The position numbers and the translations under genes were made by a program. From the IMG/VR virus record IMGVR_UViG_3300010412_001298: DNA of 17,623 nt; one strand, 5' to 3'. The stretch is from a virus. The notes under the pieces are model-generated. The model was not told the origin of the DNA. It ran no database searches and was given only the letters and a program-made list of their open reading frames with translations. This document shows positions 12,087 through 17,623 of the stretch, in pieces. Every line of letters begins with the position of its first letter. Within the stretch, counting starts at the first letter, position 1.

Positions 12087-14477
12087 ATGCAAACACTTGA
12101 AAACCAAGTCACATCAACATTACAAAATCTAATAGCAGGAGATAGAAATAAATTTATCTTCATTCCAACACCATTCACAACAAGCAATGTTGATAAACAA
12201 GAAGTATTAAGATTCCTAATCAATTTACATGATTTTGGATATGGTATCTCAAATGCTCATGTATTATTAGAATTAAATAAAATCAATTTCAATAGATTTA
12301 AATCAGAATTTCTAACATATATCAAATCTAATATCAAAGAAGGAATGATATTCAGAAAAACATTCGGTGATAAAAAGAAATTAACACCTTATACCACAGA
12401 AGAATGGTTAGCAATATTTGCTCAATATAGTATAACATATGGCTGGCCAAATGAATACCAAGGACTTTTTGGTGTAAATCCATCAATAGTATTAGACAAA
12501 TATGTCGGATCAATGTCTGATAAAATAACCAAATTAAAAGGAACAAAAAGAGTAATTGAAATAGGAGATTACACTGATTTAGTAGAAATATTGAGAAATA
12601 TTTCAACACAAACATCAGTATTAAGATCACAACAAATTGAAACATTAAAAAATAGCCCATCAAACGCATTAGTAGAAGCAATAGATGGTTATGATATACC
12701 AATAAAAGAAACTCGTGTGATGTTAATGAAATTAACAAAAGGTCACACATTCAAAAAACCATTATTAAAAACAGCAACAGATGTTTTGCGTTTCATTGTG
12801 TCAGAATATGCACATGAAAGTTATGAAGGAGTATTAATAAATTCTAAATTACAAAAAACAAAATTAAGAATACCAACATCAGCAAGAAAAATGATATTAT
12901 TGCAATTAGAATTAATTGCAAAAAACAGAAAAGCAAAAGGTGAATATTATTTAGCAGAAGATATGTTTTCTTATTCATCATTTTGGAAACAAGTAAACCG
13001 TTATCTTCGTTATGAAAAACAAGAAGCAATGCGTAAAAAATATCCATTATATACATTAGCAATTGATTTATTATATAAAGGGGATCGTTCATGGACATTC
13101 AATTCAAGATTTTCTAATGCTAAAGAAAATCAAGATTATGCATCAGCTGTTTTAATAGCAAGTGAAAAACCAGGTTTTCTATTAAGAAATCTTTTAGATT
13201 TTCTAACAAAAATAAAAGGTGAAAAAATACCAGTTAAAATAGATGCAAAGAAAAATAAAAATGCTTTTCAAGACGCACTGCAAAGAAACAGAGTACAATC
13301 AAATGTAGTCAAAACAGATGCAGTATCATTTTTCAAAAGCAAACGATTTGAAAAAATCTTAAATGATCATTTGAATCCAAAAATAGCATGGCAATTAATT
13401 GAAAAATTGCAAGATGAAGAATTGTATAAACCACAATATGTTCGTGTTGTGCAAGGAGTAACTGTCAAATATTCAACACCAATACCAGGTTTAAATGTAC
13501 CATTAACAAAATATGTACAAGGTTTATTAATGAATACATTAAAAGCAAAATTACAATATCGTAATAAAGATATTGGTTTGGTTTATATTGATAAGGATGC
13601 TAAAAAATACGCAATTCAATATTCAGGACGTAAAAGCACAGAAATCACTTATTCTGGAGAATATTTATCTAAAGGAACATCAATTGATTTTAGTGAAATT
13701 GTCGGAAGCAATAACGTGAAAAATCCAGTATTAAGAATGGGAGTAATGTGGCGAGCAACTGAAAAGAAAAAACAATCAATTGATTTAGATCATAATTTCA
13801 CAGTAAAAAGAAACACAAATGAAACAGAAGTTTTGTATTACGGTAAACCTGAATTAAAAGGAAGAAATGGTAATATAATTGGTGTAAGTTCAGGTGATAT
13901 TACATCAAATGGTGATCATAATAGTGCATTTTCATGTGAAATGATTGATATAAATATCAATGATATGTTAGCAAATGGATTTGAAACAGGCTACAATTCA
14001 ATAATCAATTATAATGGAGTAGTAGGAATAGGTTCATTAGAAGCATATTTCTTTTTCTCATTGATTGATAAAAAAGATCGTTTGATAAAAGGAAATAAAA
14101 TCAAAGTTGATCTTGCACAAATGGATTATGCAATTCGTATAGATCCAGAAAATAAAGATAATACAGGATCTTATATTGGGTTTTTAGTAAATTTCAAAAA
14201 ACAAGTAATTGAAGTATTAGCAGAACCAGTTTTTGGTGAAAACAATTCTTATTCAAATGCAATAACAAATTTGGTTATTTTTGAAAAAGTAATGAAAAAC
14301 AGAAGATTACCATTGACTGTAGGTTATACATTAAAACAAGCCTTATCAGAATCAAATTTAATTGATGTACCAGAAATGGCTGATGTTATAATTTCAAAAA
14401 CACAACCATTAAATACAACTGCAACTTGGATTCATCCTGGTCGTGATTTTGAAAAAATCAATCAAATGATTTTTTGA
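12087..14477 (+). CDS. large hypothetical protein: possible TROVE/Ro60-like N-terminal two thirds plus TerD-like C-terminal domain
   Basis: I prefer the ATG at 12087, because the RBS AAGGTG lies 9 nt upstream; the track GTG start at 12075 falls inside that RBS. Weak Ro-like motifs are LRFLINLHDFGYG (cf. RFLxxGxxGGxY) and PGFLLRNLLDF (cf. ALLRNLG). The C-terminus LRMGVMW..SIDLD..VLYYG..GVSSGDITSNGD..EMIDININ follows the TerD pattern (vGLgW..DLD..vfy....GDn.tGeg..E.i.vdL). Confidence 0.7.
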   Translation: MQTLENQVTSTLQNLIAGDRNKFIFIPTPFTTSNVDKQEVLRFLINLHDFGYGISNAHVLLELNKINFNRFKSEFLTYIKSNIKEGMIFRKTFGDKKKLTPYTTEEWLAIFAQYSITYGWPNEYQGLFGVNPSIVLDKYVGSMSDKITKLKGTKRVIEIGDYTDLVEILRNISTQTSVLRSQQIETLKNSPSNALVEAIDGYDIPIKETRVMLMKLTKGHTFKKPLLKTATDVLRFIVSEYAHESYEGVLINSKLQKTKLRIPTSARKMILLQLELIAKNRKAKGEYYLAEDMFSYSSFWKQVNRYLRYEKQEAMRKKYPLYTLAIDLLYKGDRSWTFNSRFSNAKENQDYASAVLIASEKPGFLLRNLLDFLTKIKGEKIPVKIDAKKNKNAFQDALQRNRVQSNVVKTDAVSFFKSKRFEKILNDHLNPKIAWQLIEKLQDEELYKPQYVRVVQGVTVKYSTPIPGLNVPLTKYVQGLLMNTLKAKLQYRNKDIGLVYIDKDAKKYAIQYSGRKSTEITYSGEYLSKGTSIDFSEIVGSNNVKNPVLRMGVMWRATEKKKQSIDLDHNFTVKRNTNETEVLYYGKPELKGRNGNIIGVSSGDITSNGDHNSAFSCEMIDININDMLANGFETGYNSIINYNGVVGIGSLEAYFFFSLIDKKDRLIKGNKIKVDLAQMDYAIRIDPENKDNTGSYIGFLVNFKKQVIEVLAEPVFGENNSYSNAITNLVIFEKVMKNRRLPLTVGYTLKQALSESNLIDVPEMADVIISKTQPLNTTATWIHPGRDFEKINQMIF

Positions 14478-14500
14478 AAAAAACTGAAATTTGAAAAATG

Positions 14501-14531
14501 AAAAGGAGTAAATATTTACTCCTTTTTTTTT
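14501..14531 (+). terminator. rho-independent terminator
   Basis: aaaaGGAGTAAAtatTTTACTCCtttt stem followed by a T-run of about 9. Confidence 0.8.
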
Positions 14532-14564
14532 GAAAAAATTTTTCAAAAAAAGTGAAAAAAAAGA

Positions 14565-14593
14565 TTGACAATTTTTAAACTCTAATGTATAAT
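14565..14593 (+). promoter_or_regulatory. promoter P1 of dual-promoter cassette B
   Basis: TTGACA at 14565-14570 and TATAAT at 14588-14593. Near-identical to cassette A. Confidence 0.75.
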
Positions 14594-14648
14594 AGTATAC
14601 ATACAAACAAGTTAAAAAGTTTTCAAAAAAGATTTTCAAAAAAAAAGA

Positions 14649-14677
14649 TTGACAATTTTTAAACTCTAATGTATAAT
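14649..14677 (+). promoter_or_regulatory. promoter P2 of dual-promoter cassette B
   Basis: TTGACA at 14649-14654 and TATAAT at 14672-14677. Confidence 0.75.
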
Positions 14678-14750
14678 AGTATACATACTAAAAAGTTAAA
14701 AACTTAAAGTATAAAACGCAAAACACACACTTATATAAAAGGAAAACAAA

Positions 14751-15134
14751 ATGACTAGACAAATTACAATGTTTGATAAAAAAGGTAACGTTCGCCCCAC
14801 TAGTGTTAAAAGTGAAAGAACAATTAGAACACTTGGTGCTGAAAAAGGTGTTGATGTTCTAAATACTGTGCAAGAAGTTCTTGCCCAAGTATCAACTGGT
14901 AAACTTAATCAAAGAAGCATCAATTCACCGAAATTCAGTAAAAAAACAGGTCAACAATTACCGCGCCGGGTAACATTACATACCCAACATTTAACTTGGA
15001 TTCAAAAAGACCGTTTATTAACATTGTTAAACAACAGATTGGGCGAAAATAGAGTTGCAGCAATTGATAATGCGGTGATTATTTCCAAGAAAAATCCGCC
15101 AGTTAATAAAGTGGTAATTACATTAAATTGGTAA
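14751..15134 (+). CDS. basic hypothetical protein
   Basis: 127-aa ORF with RBS AAAGGAAAA. It is noticeably richer in G/C than its surroundings (e.g. ccgcgccggg). No motif recognised. Confidence 0.65.
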   Translation: MTRQITMFDKKGNVRPTSVKSERTIRTLGAEKGVDVLNTVQEVLAQVSTGKLNQRSINSPKFSKKTGQQLPRRVTLHTQHLTWIQKDRLLTLLNNRLGENRVAAIDNAVIISKKNPPVNKVVITLNW

Positions 15135-15143
15135 TTACACATT

Positions 15144-15184
15144 AAATTTTAAAGGAATCTAATGGATTCCTTTAAAATTTTTTC
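15144..15184 (+). terminator. rho-independent terminator
   Basis: aaattttaaaggaat / attcctttaaaattt forms a 15-bp stem followed by a T-run. Confidence 0.8.
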
Positions 15185-15231
15185 GATTAATTATTAGAAA
15201 AGCCGGTAGAAAAACACTTTTCCTTTTTATC

Positions 15232-15354
15232 ATGAAGAAGAAAAAATTAAAAAAATTTTTATTGTTTTTAAATAAAGAATTAAAACAAAACCAAAATATT
15301 ATTCCAGCTAATAAAAAACAATTAGAAAGAATCAAAAAATTAATAAAAAGATGA
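15232..15354 (+). CDS. possible 40-aa lysine-rich micro-protein translationally coupled to the methyltransferase
   Basis: MKKKKLKKFLLFLNKELKQNQNIIPANKKQLERIKKLIKR*. Its TGA overlaps the methyltransferase ATG (ATGA). Confidence 0.3.
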   Translation: MKKKKLKKFLLFLNKELKQNQNIIPANKKQLERIKKLIKR

Positions 15355-16817
15355 AAAACAAATTAGGACAAGTTTTCACAAATGAAAAAATTATTGATTT
15401 AATACTAGATGAAATTGATATCATTAAAAATTATTCACAAAAAACAATAATAGATCCTTCATGTGGAGAAGGATCAATTTTAACAAGTATAGTAAAAAGA
15501 TTAGAAAAAGAAAATATAGAAAAATATATTCATGGATATGAAATAGATGAAAACATAATAAACAAATGTACAGAAAAATTAAATCAAATATATGAAACTA
15601 ATTGGAATATAGAAAAATGTAATGCTTTATATAAAGGAAATCAAGAAAAAGAAAAATATGATTTAATAATAGGTAATCCTCCATATATCAGTTATAATGA
15701 ATGTAAAAAACAAAAAATAATCAATAACAAAAAAATAAAAATGAGTAATTTTTATGGAATAAATTTAAATACAGTAAAGGGAAGAAAAAAAGCATATTCA
15801 CCAAAACCCAATTTATACGCATTTTTCATAGCATTAGGATTATACATTTTAAAAAAAGATGGTAGATTATGTTATATAATACCACAAACAGTATTAATAA
15901 ATACAGATTTAGATGTAATAAGATATCATTTATCAGAAAAAACAACTATAGAAAAAATAATACTTTTTGATGAAAAAATATTCAAAAATGAACAAAAAAA
16001 ACCAATAATAACATCATCATTAATAATAATAATAAAAAAACAAATACCAAATAAAGAACACAAAATAAAAATAATCAAAAATAATGAAGAAAAAGAAATA
16101 TCACAAATAGAATTAAGAAATAATATTTTTAATTGGAGTTTCATAAAAAATGATGAAGATTATAAAAAACAATTAAAATCTTATAATAACCATTTAACAA
16201 TTCATCAATATCGTTCAACATTTAGAAATTATGATGATATTATAATAGATGGTAGTGTAAATATATTAAAAAAAGATATAATAACAGAAATAAAAAATGA
16301 TGAAATAAATCAATATTACATAATACCAAAAATGATAAATGGTAAATATACCGCTGAAACATTAGGTTATTATAAAAAAACCTTACAAATAAAAAAAGCA
16401 CAAGGAAATAGAAATCATAGAATATTAACAGAAAGAAAATATAAAATAATATGGAAATATATCAATTTTGATCATTTTTATTTTATAGAAAAAAATGATG
16501 TTCTTCCTATGTATCAACAATATTGTATTGCATCAAATTATAAATCAGAAATCTTATTTTTATTAAGTATTTTAAATTCAACAATTAATTTAACATTATT
16601 AGAAAAAACATTCAAAATAGGTAATGAAAATAGATTATCTTTTTTATTAGGTTTGACATTTTTGAAAGAATTTATTCGTATACCAAAAATAACAGAACAA
16701 ACAAGAAGAATAAAAGAAAATATAATAATTCAAACAGAAAAACTTTTAGAAACAGATAATAATGAAATCATTAAAAAAAATATAGATGAAATGGTTTTTT
16801 TATTATATAACAATTAA
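15351..16817 (+). CDS. N6-adenine DNA methyltransferase, Eco57I/TaqI-like (gamma class) with a C-terminal target-recognition region
   Basis: LGQVFTNEKIIDLILDE (the GQxFTP-like N-terminus). Motif I is IIDPSCGEGSIL. Motif IV is LIIGNPPYISYN (NPPY). About 300 aa follow, consistent with a TaqI_C-type specificity domain. Confidence 0.8.
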   Translation: MKNKLGQVFTNEKIIDLILDEIDIIKNYSQKTIIDPSCGEGSILTSIVKRLEKENIEKYIHGYEIDENIINKCTEKLNQIYETNWNIEKCNALYKGNQEKEKYDLIIGNPPYISYNECKKQKIINNKKIKMSNFYGINLNTVKGRKKAYSPKPNLYAFFIALGLYILKKDGRLCYIIPQTVLINTDLDVIRYHLSEKTTIEKIILFDEKIFKNEQKKPIITSSLIIIIKKQIPNKEHKIKIIKNNEEKEISQIELRNNIFNWSFIKNDEDYKKQLKSYNNHLTIHQYRSTFRNYDDIIIDGSVNILKKDIITEIKNDEINQYYIIPKMINGKYTAETLGYYKKTLQIKKAQGNRNHRILTERKYKIIWKYINFDHFYFIEKNDVLPMYQQYCIASNYKSEILFLLSILNSTINLTLLEKTFKIGNENRLSFLLGLTFLKEFIRIPKITEQTRRIKENIIIQTEKLLETDNNEIIKKNIDEMVFLLYNN

Positions 16818-16825
16818 AGAAAAAA

Positions 16826-17293
16826 ATGGAAAAAAATATAATAATAAATAGATTGTTATTACCAATAAATATAAAAAATATTGAAAAAACAATAAAAACT
16901 ATTGAAGAATTGCAACAAAAAGAAAATTTAATAAAAATAGCAGAATACTTATCAATTCATTATTTAAAAGATAAAGTATATCAAATGAAAAATATCGATT
17001 TGATGCAATTTGAATTGAATGAATTAATTGATTTTATAAGTATGCAAATAAAATCATTATCCTTTATTTTAAAAAGAAAAACAACAAATGAATTAGAAGA
17101 AAAACATTATGAACAATTGGTATTATATGTTATTAATACAAAAGACACTGTTTCAAATATTTTAAATGGTTTATTATTACCATGTGAATATAGTGAATTT
17201 ATATATTTTTTAAATACACATTCTGGTTTATTTAAAAATAGATATAAAACTAAAGTTAATTTGATGTATAATTATTGTAAAAGATGTAGATGA
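16826..17293 (+). CDS. hypothetical protein
   Basis: 155-aa ORF immediately after the methyltransferase. No nuclease motif recognised. Its last codons and stop lie inside a 37-bp tandem duplication. Confidence 0.5.
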   Translation: MEKNIIINRLLLPINIKNIEKTIKTIEELQQKENLIKIAEYLSIHYLKDKVYQMKNIDLMQFELNELIDFISMQIKSLSFILKRKTTNELEEKHYEQLVLYVINTKDTVSNILNGLLLPCEYSEFIYFLNTHSGLFKNRYKTKVNLMYNYCKRCR

Positions 17294-17357
17294 TTCATTT
17301 TAGAAATTTTTGAAAAAAGAATGTAGATGATTCATTTTAGAAATTTTTGAAAAAAGA
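17284..17357 (+). repeat. perfect 2 x 37-bp tandem duplication
   Basis: atgtagatgattcattttagaaatttttgaaaaaaga occurs at 17284-17320 and again at 17321-17357, followed by a partial third unit (atttgaaaaaaga). Confidence 0.9.
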
Positions 17358-17379
17358 ATTTGAAAAAAGAAAAAAAAGA

Positions 17380-17408
17380 TTGACAATTTTTAAACTCAAA
17401 TATATAAT
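17380..17408 (+). promoter_or_regulatory. promoter P1 of dual-promoter cassette C
   Basis: TTGACA at 17380-17385 and TATAAT at 17403-17408. The downstream box is shortened by a 9-nt deletion relative to cassettes A and B. Confidence 0.7.
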
Positions 17409-17452
17409 AGTATCAAGTTAAAAAGTTTTCAAAAAATATTTAAAAAAAGTAG

Positions 17453-17481
17453 TTGACAATTTTAAAACTTAAATGTATAAT
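17453..17481 (+). promoter_or_regulatory. promoter P2 of dual-promoter cassette C
   Basis: TTGACA at 17453-17458 and TATAAT at 17476-17481. Confidence 0.75.
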
Positions 17482-17530
17482 AGTATACATACAAACAAGT
17501 TAAATAAAACACACACATAAGGTTAATAAA

Positions 17531-17623
17531 ATGTTATTTTACGGACAAAAAAGAATTTTAGAAGAACAATACCCAGATTATTTAGATTATTCAAGAATGG
17601 GTTTAAAAAACCGTAGATTAAGA
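17531..17623 (+). CDS. hypothetical protein, 5' partial (runs off the window)
   Basis: The ATG at 17531 follows the RBS TAAGGTTAA and the acacacac leader. It reads MLFYGQKRILEEQYPDYLDYSRMGLKNRRLR... Confidence 0.55.
   Translation, partial: MLFYGQKRILEEQYPDYLDYSRMGLKNRRLR

Noticed and set aside
2307-16144. Other minus-strand track ORFs nested in plus-strand genes (2307..2507, 4551..4796, 5958..6236, 7652..7840, 8494..8679, 9755..9964, 12038..12223, 12352..12750, 12844..13098, 14409..14639, 15926..16144)
   Set aside because: All lie antisense inside better-supported plus-strand genes or across promoters and terminators. They have no RBS and their compositions are Leu/Ile/Phe-rich, as expected by chance in AT-rich DNA.
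10515-17481. Repeated ~30-nt units with spacers as a possible CRISPR array
   Set aside because: The repeats are TTGACA-N17-TATAAT promoters in cassettes separated by kilobases of coding sequence. They are not short, regularly spaced repeats, and no cas genes are present.
1-17623. Alternative genetic code (TGA = Trp, as in Mycoplasma or Spiroplasma), suggested by the extreme AT content
   Set aside because: Several gene junctions use ATGA overlaps in which TGA terminates the upstream ORF (586, 2523, 4414, 15354). Trp is encoded by TGG throughout, for example in the WD40 repeats and RtcB motifs.

Overview
The window is extremely AT-rich and densely packed, and almost every gene is on the + strand. 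Many genes overlap by ATGA or ATGTTAA, which shows TGA is a stop codon and the genetic code is standard. Consensus sigma70-type promoters (TTGACA-N17-TATAAT) recur, with an unusually conserved extended sequence. The organisation looks like a large virulent bacteriophage, or phage-like element, of an AT-rich bacterium; the tmRNA tag suggests a Proteobacteria-like host. I could recognise the following:

- a one-piece tmRNA (1581..1933, tag ANDASYALVA)
- a tRNA-Gly(UCC)-like gene (4030..4102)
- an RtcB RNA ligase (9046..10305)
- an Eco57I/TaqI-type N6-adenine DNA methyltransferase (15351..16817)
- a WD40 beta-propeller protein
- two head-to-head leucine-rich-repeat proteins
- a STAS-like (DUF4325-type) fusion protein
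- several small paralogue families

The most interesting region is 8.5-14.5 kb. RtcB is followed by two paralogous long-stem RNA elements (11760..11898 and 11971..12063). The first carries a tRNA-like T-arm plus a closed acceptor-like helix, in the permuted topology known from bacterial YrlA-type Y RNAs. Both lie immediately upstream of a 797-aa protein with weak Ro60/TROVE-like motifs and a TerD-like C-terminal domain. I interpret this as a candidate divergent Ro/Y-RNA + RtcB RNA-repair or translation-maintenance module. All protein calls rest on motifs read by eye. No database search was possible.
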